DNA of 64,000 nucleotides from a virus. Its lineage: Duplodnaviria > Caudoviricetes. The notes under the pieces are model-generated. The model was not told where the DNA came from. It saw only the letters and a list, made by a program, of their open reading frames with translations, and did not search any database. How positions within the stretch are numbered: the first letter of the stretch is position 1; every line of letters begins with the position of its first letter. This document shows positions 35,777 to 45,449 of the stretch, piece by piece. The translations under genes were made by a program, and so were the position numbers. The DNA lies in IMG/VR virus record IMGVR_UViG_3300027749_000034; one strand, given 5' to 3'.

Positions 35777-36714
35777 ATTGTTTGTATTCCGTTTATTAAA
35801 TTTTTCTCTAATGTGAGTGCAGGTACTTTATAAAACCTAGACTCAAATGTTAATCCATTGGACGATATGTTATAAAGTACTGCATCCCATAAATGATAAT
35901 AGTTTTCCATACCGTGCCATTTTGGTCTTGGTCTAAATTGATAGCCCAAGCTTGAGTAAATTTTCATCTTGCTAGATGTCCAGCCAAGCTTGCCTGGAAT
36001 TTGGTCTCTAATTAATTTTGCAACTGTTTCTTCTTGTAAAAATGCCAACATAGATTCTGGGCTATAAGTATAAAAATTATTCAAGGCTGGTATTCCAGTT
36101 TTGTCAACAAACCTGCGCCATACACCATCTTGATCTTCTTTCTTTAAAAAGCACCATTCAAATTTATAGGCGCCCGTTTCCCAGTTAATCTGCGGCACCT
36201 TTTCCAATTCTACTTCGTCAACAGTTATCATTGGTGCGGCAAATTGTTCAGCTACTTTTAATAAAATTTGTTGATAGAAACTGTAACTTTGATAACGATT
36301 GGCAATGTCATAACATTCGCCACTGTCAAAAAATGCTTGCGGATCAAAATCAATTATGTCGCATTTCAACCCCATTCTCTCAACCATTCCCAGCATAGGG
36401 CCAATGTCGTAGTTGTTGTTATTGTTTGCAAATTTAACTGTTGCCAATTTTGGTTGTATTCCAGCGGCTAAAAAACTGCGGAGGGCAATCTCACTATCTA
36501 ACCCACCACTCATAAAAATTGTCAAGTCTGGAAAATCTCTATACAAGCACCGAGCGTTTCTGATTAGTTCGGCTCGTAATGCCATAGGAGTACGAGTACA
36601 TCCGCCTACACTCATTGAGGTCGACTCTAGATCAGATGTACGCCAAACACTTGATTGGTCATTGTCATACCAATACTTTAAATGGTAATTTTCAGTGTTT
36701 CTAATAGAATTCAT
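35761..36714 (-). CDS. PP-loop (adenine nucleotide alpha hydrolase-like) protein
   Basis: TIFMSGGLDSE. Confidence 0.55.
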   Translation of the reverse strand: MNSIRNTENYHLKYWYDNDQSSVWRTSDLESTSMSVGGCTRTPMALRAELIRNARCLYRDFPDLTIFMSGGLDSEIALRSFLAAGIQPKLATVKFANNNNNYDIGPMLGMVERMGLKCDIIDFDPQAFFDSGECYDIANRYQSYSFYQQILLKVAEQFAAPMITVDEVELEKVPQINWETGAYKFEWCFLKKEDQDGVWRRFVDKTGIPALNNFYTYSPESMLAFLQEETVAKLIRDQIPGKLGWTSSKMKIYSSLGYQFRPRPKWHGMENYYHLWDAVLYNISSNGLTFESRFYKVPALTLEKNLINGIQTICQVA

Positions 36715-37352
36715 TATGCATTAAATGGCTCAGTTCTCACGCCAAACTTGTCTATCAAGTCATTGACTATTGGCTCAAGTTGGTCGTAAGCAACCAATGG
36801 TTTTATTACAGCCCATTGCGGTGTGTTATGTAATCTAATTTTATTATCCAGTGGAATACAATCATTCCACCAATCGCTCCAGATAGTACCAAGGGCGCGG
36901 CCTTGCCCTTTGGAAAATCGTACAATAATATCATAGATTGATTTGTTGTAATCATTGAATGTTAGTAACATTCCAAGTTTACCTCTGGACTCACACCATT
37001 CTAAATTACTAGACAACAAGTATTTGGAAACAGAATTGTCGCTCCTATATGGTGGTAGTACCCAACAGCGGTTGCCACCGGATCCCAATTGATCATGCAA
37101 TGGGCAGTCTTCAACTGCGCTTACACCAACGACACTTTCTACATCTTTGTCGTATAAGAAAGTAATCTGTCCATTATCTTTGGTCCATCTTTTCTTGTTT
37201 TTAACCAAGAATAAAAATCCGCTTGATGTACGATCTCCCATATTTTCCAGGGCAGGTGATTCAGTTTCTGCAATAGTTGAAAGGAACCCGTTGTACAAGG
37301 ATTCGTATTGTTCAAACTCAGTTGCGTTAGTATGGAATATAGATAGATTCAT
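36714..37352 (-). CDS. Possible GNAT-fold acyltransferase
   Basis: VVGVSAVE...NRCWVLPPYRS; tentative. Confidence 0.45.
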   Translation of the reverse strand: MNLSIFHTNATEFEQYESLYNGFLSTIAETESPALENMGDRTSSGFLFLVKNKKRWTKDNGQITFLYDKDVESVVGVSAVEDCPLHDQLGSGGNRCWVLPPYRSDNSVSKYLLSSNLEWCESRGKLGMLLTFNDYNKSIYDIIVRFSKGQGRALGTIWSDWWNDCIPLDNKIRLHNTPQWAVIKPLVAYDQLEPIVNDLIDKFGVRTEPFNA

Positions 37353-37367
37353 ATCTATATGTAGCTG

Positions 37368-37868
37368 TCAATCTATGTCGTTGTTTACCAAGCACATGAC
37401 AATATGTACTCTATCTTCCAAGCTTCCGTTTATTGCAGTATGTTCTTCTTTTGTGTTGACCCAATATATGCGGCCATCTGCTGGAATATGTAAAATTTCA
37501 GGGGGCCGAGTAAAAATAAATTTGGCTTGATTGTGTGTTTTGACAGCAATGTGCAGTCTGGGATTATCGTCTGTGTGTATACTATAACACACCCTGGCAG
37601 GCATAATCATAATTCTGGATCTGAATACAGGAATTGGAAGTGAACTAAAAAAGTCCTGCCACCAGGTGCCTGCAAGATCTGGATGTATCATATTCCATTG
37701 GCCTTCGCCTTCACCGGGCCTTGAACCTGTACTGGCATTCCAATCAGCGGATCCATTTGTTTGTAAAGACAATTGTCTTTGATCTGGATGTGCCGACATC
37801 AGCAGTTGTGTTTCTGCTTTTAGTCTTTCAAAGTCAATTACGCCGGGTATTTTGCTGATCCGTTGCAT
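37368..37868 (-). CDS. Asp/Asn beta-hydroxylase-like Fe(II)/2OG oxygenase
   Basis: RSRIM, YSIHTDD.PRLH, YWVNT...HTAIN....RVHIV. Confidence 0.7.
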   Translation of the reverse strand: MQRISKIPGVIDFERLKAETQLLMSAHPDQRQLSLQTNGSADWNASTGSRPGEGEGQWNMIHPDLAGTWWQDFFSSLPIPVFRSRIMIMPARVCYSIHTDDNPRLHIAVKTHNQAKFIFTRPPEILHIPADGRIYWVNTKEEHTAINGSLEDRVHIVMCLVNNDID

Positions 37869-39058
37869 TATAGTTTTCCAATGGCCATATATCTATTGCA
37901 CATGTACAGGTTTAACTCTCCTGCCCATAGAATAGTATTTAAGCCAGAGGATGCAACAAATTCTTCTAGGTTATTATGGCAGTTGACATGGTCAGGTACG
38001 TCAAACATGTCATTGCCTTGTAGCACTACTGTAGTTCCAGCCGGCAAGGACTTTATCCAATCGCCGTGATCTTTAAAATGCTCTACAATGGTGTCAATTA
38101 GCAACAGCTTTTTATATTTGGATAGTTGTAGTTCTCTTACATCTGTTCCTGAATTTTTAAAATTGTTGTGGAATCCAGAATTTAACTCTATTGCGGCAGA
38201 ATGTACAGATGTGTCAATGTCAATGTTGATAACTGAATCTAAATTTTGTCCCAGCATGTTAGATAAGAATGGTAACAATCCAACCCAACCGCCAACAACC
38301 AATGTTGAAGTTTCAACATCGCCCATCTTGCGTTTCTTTGGAATTAGATTTCTTTCTATTAGTTTTTCAACCAGCCAAATTTTACTTTTGACTTGATTTC
38401 GGCTCAGTGCATCTTTCCAGTTTAATTCCCTATCATTATTAATTGCAACAGCCAATCTTTTGATATGATCTCGTTGATTGTAATAGTATTCGTTTCCAAT
38501 GCAAACGCCTAATTTTTTTATATCTGTATCTACTACACAGGAAAGCAATGACTCTTTGCCAATTATCATCTCAACCAATTGAAAGAATTTGTCAAAGTCT
38601 TCTCTTGCATCAATTATCAATTGATGTGCCAGGGCCAACACAGGCAAGGCAGGTGTTTCAAATGCTTCAATGTTTAAGTTATTCCACTCATTGAGTGTCC
38701 ATAATTTATTGGCCATGCCCGTCAAGTCTGTTTCTATTAGATTGACCTTTAGGGGCGTTAACTTAATTGTTTTGCCATCAGTCCAGTCTGTTGGAACATA
38801 CAGTCCGGTTTCTATTGCCACTTGTAGTGCAATTAATCCTTGCTGGTCATCGCCTTCTCTTACTGCATTCAACAAAGGCCATAAATCAAATGCGTACTCT
38901 CTTCCAACTTCAACAATCAACTGTGTAAGCTCGTATTCGTCTTCAGTTTCAAGCCAACGATGAAAATGGTGTACACTTTTGCGAAATCCAATTGCTTCAT
39001 CAACAAAATAAAGCAATGCAGATCTTAGTTCTGTATTCTTATCCATTGAACCATCCAT
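37868..39058 (-). CDS. Two-domain protein with a C-terminal class I SAM-methyltransferase-like fold
   Basis: DALSRNQVKSK.WL, LVVGGWVG, INIDID, IDTIVEH, VVLQGN. Confidence 0.5.
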   Translation of the reverse strand: MDGSMDKNTELRSALLYFVDEAIGFRKSVHHFHRWLETEDEYELTQLIVEVGREYAFDLWPLLNAVREGDDQQGLIALQVAIETGLYVPTDWTDGKTIKLTPLKVNLIETDLTGMANKLWTLNEWNNLNIEAFETPALPVLALAHQLIIDAREDFDKFFQLVEMIIGKESLLSCVVDTDIKKLGVCIGNEYYYNQRDHIKRLAVAINNDRELNWKDALSRNQVKSKIWLVEKLIERNLIPKKRKMGDVETSTLVVGGWVGLLPFLSNMLGQNLDSVINIDIDTSVHSAAIELNSGFHNNFKNSGTDVRELQLSKYKKLLLIDTIVEHFKDHGDWIKSLPAGTTVVLQGNDMFDVPDHVNCHNNLEEFVASSGLNTILWAGELNLYMCNRYMAIGKL

Positions 39059-40007
39059 ATAAATTCAAGTTGGTTCTCCATTTAACATCATCATATGTTA
39101 ACGATTTGGCCGGATGCAATTGCAACATCTTTAAGAAGTAGCTTTGTTCATCGGTAAAATCTGGTAGTATGAAGCCTAATCCTTCACTTATGTGCTTGCC
39201 TAAACTTTTGCTTGCCTTGATTGGGTCAGCATTTGCATGCAATGCAAAAAAGTCTTTGAACCAGGCATAGTCTCTGATATTGACACAGTCAAAGTTGTCG
39301 TATTGTAACATTTTTACAGCGAGTCTTGCACCGTATACACTCCACATGCCATTCTCTACATCAGCACCCAATGTCATCCATGTCAATAGCCTTTGATAGT
39401 TTGCGGCATGCATCATTTCTGGCCAAGATTCAAATGCAAGCACTTGTCCTTGTTCCATACTAAGCTTGACGCCTTCTCTAAATCCCACTCGAAATGCTTG
39501 GTAAGCACTGGCGTTTGTGTATACATTAGAATAACAACCTGGTAGCTCTTTGTATCTATTGAAGTCCCAACAAAAATCTATTGCATCTCGATCTTCAGTG
39601 GCCAGTTCATGACTTTTCATGTTAGCAAGATGTTCAGTACTCCACATTTTTAGGCCGCCATTGCCGTACATGAGTCCGTTTGTGTATTGTCTGCCGCCCC
39701 AGGTAAAGCTGACTTTTCCATCCATGCCTTCGGGCAATTGTTTATTGAAGAAAGCTGGATCAACTTCGTTGTCTGCATCTACTGTGATGATATATTCACT
39801 GCTGGCAAATTCAGTGGCAGCGGCCTTGTGTGCCGCATCAAATCCGACCACACCATGTACTCTGGCAATTCGTTTATGTGGAGTAATTGACTTTAGCAGT
39901 TCCCAATTTTTATCTGCATTGGGTTCATCAAAGCTTAAAAATACTACTGGAACATCTGACATCTTTTTATAGATGATTGGATTCTTGACTGCTTTAAACA
40001 TTGACAT
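39039..40007 (-). CDS. GT-A fold glycosyltransferase-like protein (paralog 1)
   Basis: FLSFDEPNAD, H.AAA, TVDAD (DxD), YGNGGLK, AFRVGFREGVKL. Confidence 0.65.
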   Translation of the reverse strand: MSMFKAVKNPIIYKKMSDVPVVFLSFDEPNADKNWELLKSITPHKRIARVHGVVGFDAAHKAAATEFASSEYIITVDADNEVDPAFFNKQLPEGMDGKVSFTWGGRQYTNGLMYGNGGLKMWSTEHLANMKSHELATEDRDAIDFCWDFNRYKELPGCYSNVYTNASAYQAFRVGFREGVKLSMEQGQVLAFESWPEMMHAANYQRLLTWMTLGADVENGMWSVYGARLAVKMLQYDNFDCVNIRDYAWFKDFFALHANADPIKASKSLGKHISEGLGFILPDFTDEQSYFLKMLQLHPAKSLTYDDVKWRTNLNLYGWFNG

Positions 40008-40866
40008 TTTTAAATTCCTTTTTTAGCCACGACCAATCATTGATTAAATTTAGCTTTTCAATGTCATCACTGTTACGCATGCCGTACTTGGATCCACTTC
40101 TTGCACCATCAATTGTGTACTTTCCGTTGTTTGAGAACCAACCATGCGTACACCATATGAATCTTCGTTCACTGCACTTTTCAATTGCTTCCCAGTATGT
40201 AAAAATATCTGTTTCTTTAAGATATTTTTCTTTGATCAGCATACCCTGGGCTTTTCGATAGTTTGCTTTTTTCTCATCGGTCCAGTCTTGAGTTGCAATG
40301 TAAATGGATAGATCTTCCAGCTCGTTGCGCTCTTTTCTTTTTGCAGAGTTGACCCTGCTCTTTATCATTGACAAGGATGACAGCTTTGCACATTCGCGAA
40401 AGGCGCCTATCCAAGCAGATTCTGGCGTTACATTAAATCTAGTTTCGCAACTGATGCTGGACATGTTGACACTTGCGCGACCAATTGTGGTTGATAGGTC
40501 CAGCTCCCAAGGGCGGCTTTCTAGGAATGGCTGGCGTGGAAATAGCTTTACACCACCGTAACCATACTCCAGTTCATTTGCTACATTTTTTGAATTCCAT
40601 ACCAATACACATTCGTTTTCTGGAATATCCCAATGTCCTGTTTCTGCGCTGGGAATAAAATTAAAATCAAATCCATCTACGATCCATGCATCTGCATCAA
40701 CTACCCAGAAGTTTTCTGTGGTACTTTGTTTTGCACATGTTTCGTGTACCTGATAGATGCCCTTGACATTGCTGATATGCTTTGCTGTGGGCGCAAATTC
40801 TAAAAGGCGTGTCCAGTTGGCTTCGCTACCTTGTTCGCCCATTGAGATAAAGAAAACATCTAACAA
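39994..40866 (-). CDS. GT-A fold glycosyltransferase-like protein (paralog 2)
   Basis: FFIS..E, VVDAD, YGYGGVKLF, AWIGAFRECAKL. Confidence 0.65.
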   Translation of the reverse strand: MLDVFFISMGEQGSEANWTRLLEFAPTAKHISNVKGIYQVHETCAKQSTTENFWVVDADAWIVDGFDFNFIPSAETGHWDIPENECVLVWNSKNVANELEYGYGGVKLFPRQPFLESRPWELDLSTTIGRASVNMSSISCETRFNVTPESAWIGAFRECAKLSSLSMIKSRVNSAKRKERNELEDLSIYIATQDWTDEKKANYRKAQGMLIKEKYLKETDIFTYWEAIEKCSERRFIWCTHGWFSNNGKYTIDGARSGSKYGMRNSDDIEKLNLINDWSWLKKEFKNVNV

Positions 40867-40869
40867 TGT

Positions 40870-41841
40870 TTACTCCGCAATAAACTGTTCAACATCGCTT
40901 TCCTTGACAGTTGGGCCAAGTCGATGCGGATTGAAATAACTGGCCTTAAAGAAGCGACTGCCTGCTTCATCCAAGTCTGCAATTTCAAGTCTTAAATCTT
41001 GTTGTAGTATGCGACCAATTTTACGAGTCTCGGCCAACAGCTTTGTTCGGCTCCAAGAGTACTTGCTGTTGGGACAAGTTTCTTCGTCACCAACAAATTG
41101 TGGCATTACTGTTTCTGCCCAGTATTGATTGTGCCATTCGAAGTCAGCAACCAATTTGTAGTCCCAATCTCGACGCAAGTTGGTTAAGTAGCAACCTAAA
41201 CGAGCACCGTACATGGCCCATAGCCCATTCTGCACATCCATACCAACACTCATCCAAACCAGTAGTCTACGATGATTTTTAAAATGGTTCTTATCTGCAA
41301 TTTGGCGCCAGTCCATCGGCTTTCCATCATGCAAGGCCAATTTGACACCTTCTCTAAATCCTGCACGATATGCCTGATATGGAGTTGCATTGTTAAACAC
41401 ATCGCTGTAGATGTTGTTCAATTGATGATAGTGAATGTCCCAGCAAAAGTCCACAGCGCCAGCACCCGAATCAACTGCCTCATGAGTACGCATCTGCTCA
41501 ACAACCTTAACCGGCCACAATTTGACGCCACCGTTGCCGTATACCAGTCCATTGACTATATTCTTGCCGGACCATGATAACACATCACTGCGATCAAATT
41601 TTCCTAAATCTAGTTCAAGTTCAAAAAAGTCTGGTCGCACTTTGTTGTCTGCATCAATTGTGATAAAGCGTTCAGTTTCGGCTAGTTTGGCCGCGGCCTT
41701 GTGACAAGCATCGCTTCCATATACTCCGTGACTGCGTTTGGCCCACGGGCATTTTTCCAATAAATCTGCATAGTTTGCATCTGCATTTGGTTCATCGTAG
41801 CTGATGAACACTACATCAAATTCGCTAATAGGGGTTTTCAA
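40870..41841 (-). CDS. GT-A fold glycosyltransferase-like protein (paralog 3)
   Basis: FISYDEPNAD, TIDAD, YGNGGVK, AYRAGFREGVKL. Confidence 0.65.
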   Translation of the reverse strand: MKTPISEFDVVFISYDEPNADANYADLLEKCPWAKRSHGVYGSDACHKAAAKLAETERFITIDADNKVRPDFFELELDLGKFDRSDVLSWSGKNIVNGLVYGNGGVKLWPVKVVEQMRTHEAVDSGAGAVDFCWDIHYHQLNNIYSDVFNNATPYQAYRAGFREGVKLALHDGKPMDWRQIADKNHFKNHRRLLVWMSVGMDVQNGLWAMYGARLGCYLTNLRRDWDYKLVADFEWHNQYWAETVMPQFVGDEETCPNSKYSWSRTKLLAETRKIGRILQQDLRLEIADLDEAGSRFFKASYFNPHRLGPTVKESDVEQFIAE

Positions 41842-42839
41842 TTTAGTACTCCGATATCTATATTGCTTGCTTTATATAACACTTGCGGTACGGTCTGGTA
41901 AGGCCAATCTGCAACAATTTCAAAGGGATGATGCTGTCTCATCATCAGTGCTGGAAGTTCTGACCAAGAATGAAATGCTTCTGGATCATCACCATTTAAT
42001 ATTGCCACTTTTAAATTTCCAAAATGAGAATCTATGCTGGATCCTTTTTCATAATGACTTTGTGCCCATATGCCATTGCCCTTCTTAAAGAGAGAAATGT
42101 GTTTTCCGCGGCCCATATGACTGATAACTGTTTGTTCGTCGCTGACACCAGAAAATAAATGATAATTCTGTACTCTATTAAACGACAGCTCTTCTGCAAC
42201 TGGTGGAATATTAATTCTAACACGCTGACCTTGATACAGTATCTTGATCACGGTGTCATGACTCATAAAACTCCAAAGACGCTGTTCCCAATATCCGCGT
42301 TCCACAATGTCTGCAACAGGTACATCAGTTTTTCCAAATAGTTGATGCGGGTCTTCTTCGTCAGTTAGAAACATAGGTATATGTTCAGCTACAGTGTCCT
42401 TGTCAAGGCGTTCTTTGATTTCAGTTGACCATCTACGACTGGCTTCTACCCTGATCATTCCATTTTCATTGAATAATAATACACGCAAAGGAGTCAGCGG
42501 ATTGTATAGATTTTCACCGGCACTGAGCCACCCAAGTTGAATTTGCTTCTTTTTAAACTTGCTGGGTTTTTTGATGTCTACTAGATCCAATGCTCCCAGC
42601 GTTTCATTGAATGCAATTTTATAATCGTTTTGATTTGCAGAACCAGACAATAGATCTTTTACTCTTGCATACGACAAGACAATATGTGAAGGATCTGCTG
42701 ACTGTCCTGGTCTAATAGAATTGATAAGCCCAGAGCTGGAATCATATTCCACAGACCAAAACTCTTCTCTTTTTCGTTTTCTAGGACGAAGTTCAAATTG
42801 AATTTCATCCACGGCGCCAATACTCCAATGGCTTTTCAC
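41838..42839 (-). CDS. Hypothetical protein with an internal duplication
   Basis: ...IPMFLTDEEDP and ...VAILNGDDP segments recur; GTG start. Confidence 0.55.
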   Translation of the reverse strand: MKSHWSIGAVDEIQFELRPRKRKREEFWSVEYDSSSGLINSIRPGQSADPSHIVLSYARVKDLLSGSANQNDYKIAFNETLGALDLVDIKKPSKFKKKQIQLGWLSAGENLYNPLTPLRVLLFNENGMIRVEASRRWSTEIKERLDKDTVAEHIPMFLTDEEDPHQLFGKTDVPVADIVERGYWEQRLWSFMSHDTVIKILYQGQRVRINIPPVAEELSFNRVQNYHLFSGVSDEQTVISHMGRGKHISLFKKGNGIWAQSHYEKGSSIDSHFGNLKVAILNGDDPEAFHSWSELPALMMRQHHPFEIVADWPYQTVPQVLYKASNIDIGVLN

Positions 42840-43506
42840 TTTCTGCTAGCCACACTGGATAAATTTGACTGTGATTTTCCAGTTTAAAATTTCCATTGGC
42901 AGGGTAAAATGCAATCCAATCATGCCACATATGATGTGCATACATGATTGGTGCAAGCTCTAAATTTCTCACACTCATGTCAACTATTTTAAACCAGTCT
43001 GGTGCATGCCAATGGCCTGTTGAAAACACCACACCCAGTACATGTTCGAGTGTTGGAACTTCTGGCTCGTAATTTTGCCAATACACAGCTTTGTCAAGAT
43101 GCAATGCCAGTTCGAAACTCAATTGGGCAGATTCTGGATCTCCCACTATCAATAGATAGGTCCAAATGTTATTACCATTTTTTTCTAAGGGTAATCTTTC
43201 CAGTATCTTACCAGGAGGTATTGGCTGTCCGCGATGGTCTACACCTGTGCCCGGCATAAAATTCAGCTTCTTAGATACGGCAACTTTAGCAATTTCAAAA
43301 GTAGTTTGACGTGGACACAATCCAGCCCTGCAAATAATATCACCTGACTCTAATTTTAAAGTTGATAATATTTTTAATTGTTCCCAAGCATCATCTGGCA
43401 AGTCTACAATGTTAATTGGCATCATTGCATCAACAAACTTTGTGTCCATCTTGGTGATATCTGCATGGTTTGTTCGTCCTGGAAGTGTAAGTATATGTAC
43501 GGTCAT
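42805..43506 (-). CDS. Hypothetical protein, possible degenerate GT-A paralog
   Basis: In operon between GT-like genes; no clear DxD. Confidence 0.5.
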   Translation of the reverse strand: MTVHILTLPGRTNHADITKMDTKFVDAMMPINIVDLPDDAWEQLKILSTLKLESGDIICRAGLCPRQTTFEIAKVAVSKKLNFMPGTGVDHRGQPIPPGKILERLPLEKNGNNIWTYLLIVGDPESAQLSFELALHLDKAVYWQNYEPEVPTLEHVLGVVFSTGHWHAPDWFKIVDMSVRNLELAPIMYAHHMWHDWIAFYPANGNFKLENHSQIYPVWLAESEKPLEYWRRG

Positions 43507-44381
43507 GCCAACACTTCCATGATTCTATCGTAGTTGCGGATGATGCTTTTCTTGTTCATTAAATGCAAGTCCTCACCCGTTACTTCAACTACCATATTTT
43601 TCCACTCTTCTGGCAGATTGCTTAACATGATCCAACGGTTTGAATCAACCACTTCAACAATATCATCTCGCTGGTCTTGGTATCTAAGATAATATGGAAT
43701 TTGTCCAATGAAGCCACCATCTGACCAACCATCACACATGTGAGCCGCAATGCTGGCTGAATAGTCTGTGCGATACAATGTGCCTGGGAATTTGTATAGG
43801 AAGCGATAGTATTCCCAATTTTGTTTTACTGCTGACCAAATACTGAAAAAATGTTCTGCTTCTTCACTCTTACGCCAGTACACCACAGTTGACCACCACA
43901 TGCGAATGCCAGCATAATGTAGCCAGCGTTCTGTGGTGTATGGTTCTTCCATTCTTAAATTTCTAGCATCTCTGTACATGGCCACATCATTCTGACCGCC
44001 AAACAGCTTGGCCAAATTGGCATTGCCACATAGGTAATCTGTGTCAATTAAAATTGTTTCATCAAATGGACTTAGATTATAAATGTCGTGTTTGTTGGTG
44101 TTTGTAAACTGTGCGTTGAAGCTGTGATATGCGCCATCGTGATGTAAACGCATGTTTCTTTCGTATTCGGGATTGGTTAATATAATGTCATCAAACGCGG
44201 CGTTCATAATATCAATACCGTGCGTTTGTTTACAATGTTCCATGCTTTGCTGATTGGTAACCAGTACAACTGGATACTCAGGCATGAATTTTTTTACAGC
44301 ATACGCGGCAACAATGGCCAATTGCGTATAATCCAACTGCTCATTGTTGTAAGCAAACATCATGAATCCCTTGGTGCTCAT
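43503..44381 (-). CDS. Nucleotide-diphospho-sugar transferase-like protein (GT-A)
   Basis: GFMMFAYN, K..IYNLSPFDETILIDTDY (DxD), RTDY. Confidence 0.7.
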   Translation of the reverse strand: MSTKGFMMFAYNNEQLDYTQLAIVAAYAVKKFMPEYPVVLVTNQQSMEHCKQTHGIDIMNAAFDDIILTNPEYERNMRLHHDGAYHSFNAQFTNTNKHDIYNLSPFDETILIDTDYLCGNANLAKLFGGQNDVAMYRDARNLRMEEPYTTERWLHYAGIRMWWSTVVYWRKSEEAEHFFSIWSAVKQNWEYYRFLYKFPGTLYRTDYSASIAAHMCDGWSDGGFIGQIPYYLRYQDQRDDIVEVVDSNRWIMLSNLPEEWKNMVVEVTGEDLHLMNKKSIIRNYDRIMEVLA

Positions 44382-44383
44382 GA

Positions 44384-44731
44384 TTATAGCCCTACAATTT
44401 TTGCGGTAGACCTTGCTGACTTCAGCTTTTTCTGTTCAACTTGTTTTGTTTCCATGGCAGAATCATAAGCTTGAATCAAAACATTTAGAAATTCGTTTGC
44501 ATCATCAATTGTTATAACATTACCACTGTGGTCCTCAACAAAAACTTTCTCGTTGCGGGTTGCCTTGACGCTAACAAACGCTATTAGCTCTTGCGTAGAT
44601 TTAAAGATCGCACCTTGATGTGACACTAAAAGTGCCGCTTCAATTTGGGCATTGATGTTTTGCCGTTGTACCTGTAAAGTTAATCGATAATTGGCAAAGG
44701 CCAATGCATCTTCTAATTTTTTATCCATCAA
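44384..44731 (-). CDS. Hypothetical protein (tail-fibre-assembly-like)
   Basis: 115 aa helical protein adjacent to the tail genes. Confidence 0.55.
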   Translation of the reverse strand: MMDKKLEDALAFANYRLTLQVQRQNINAQIEAALLVSHQGAIFKSTQELIAFVSVKATRNEKVFVEDHSGNVITIDDANEFLNVLIQAYDSAMETKQVEQKKLKSARSTAKIVGL

Positions 44732-44738
44732 TCACTTC

Positions 44739-44996
44739 TTAGGCTACGCTGGCAATCGCAATTAATCCGGTAATAACAGCATTGAGCTTTTCTTTGAAAG
44801 CCAGTTGATTCATCTCTTGGATAATATCTAACTGTCTTTGCATATCACTTAGCACTTCACACAATTCTTCTTTGCTCAATTGCCCCATAAGGACCTGCTG
44901 AGTTTGTTGCTTGACTTGCTCTGCCGCGTTGGCAAATACTGGGTCTCCACAATTGGCAAGTTCTGCCAATGCTTGACTGATTTCATCTAAGTTCAT
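44739..44996 (-). CDS. Hypothetical small helical protein
   Basis: ATGA overlap with the upstream lipoprotein gene. Confidence 0.6.
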   Translation of the reverse strand: MNLDEISQALAELANCGDPVFANAAEQVKQQTQQVLMGQLSKEELCEVLSDMQRQLDIIQEMNQLAFKEKLNAVITGLIAIASVA

Positions 44997-45397
44997 CTTG
45001 GTCTATTTCCTAGTGTATGTTGAATAACTGTTGCGCTGTTTTCAATACTTTCAAACTTGATTTTACAAAATGCCACACTCACTGGACCATTTCCATAACG
45101 AAATGTCAATCCTTGTGCAATTTCATTCAAAGACTTTGATGCCTTGTAGCCATTTTCATTATGAGGAATATTCTCGCTGTATAACTCAAAAGTTCTGGTA
45201 TTGTTTGACAACTTAACTGCATTCTCTTTGCTAACCTGTGCATTATCACATTGTGATTTAAATTGCTGTGCTTCAGATCGAATTGTAGTAATTAAACCAT
45301 ATTCGGCTGAGTCAAACTTAGTCATTAAGTATGCATCAATTAGAGCGCAACCACTTAGCATACTCAAAGCTAAAAGCAAAACTGTTATTTTTTTCAT
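44993..45397 (-). CDS. Putative lipoprotein
   Basis: MKKITVLLLALSMLSGC signal peptide with lipobox LSGC. Confidence 0.7.
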   Translation of the reverse strand: MKKITVLLLALSMLSGCALIDAYLMTKFDSAEYGLITTIRSEAQQFKSQCDNAQVSKENAVKLSNNTRTFELYSENIPHNENGYKASKSLNEIAQGLTFRYGNGPVSVAFCKIKFESIENSATVIQHTLGNRPR

Positions 45398-45441
45398 ATT
45401 TTAACCTTAGAATTGTTGCCAATGGTTAGCAAACGCAATGC

Positions 45442-45449
45442 TATTTATA
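45442..45449 (-). promoter_or_regulatory. T4-late-type promoter
   Basis: Exact TATAAATA on the - strand, upstream of the 45397 start. Confidence 0.65.

Noticed and set aside
32508-36714. Calling either SGGxDS protein queC
   Set aside because: Only the P-loop is shared; QueC zinc-binding Cys motifs are absent and lengths are larger
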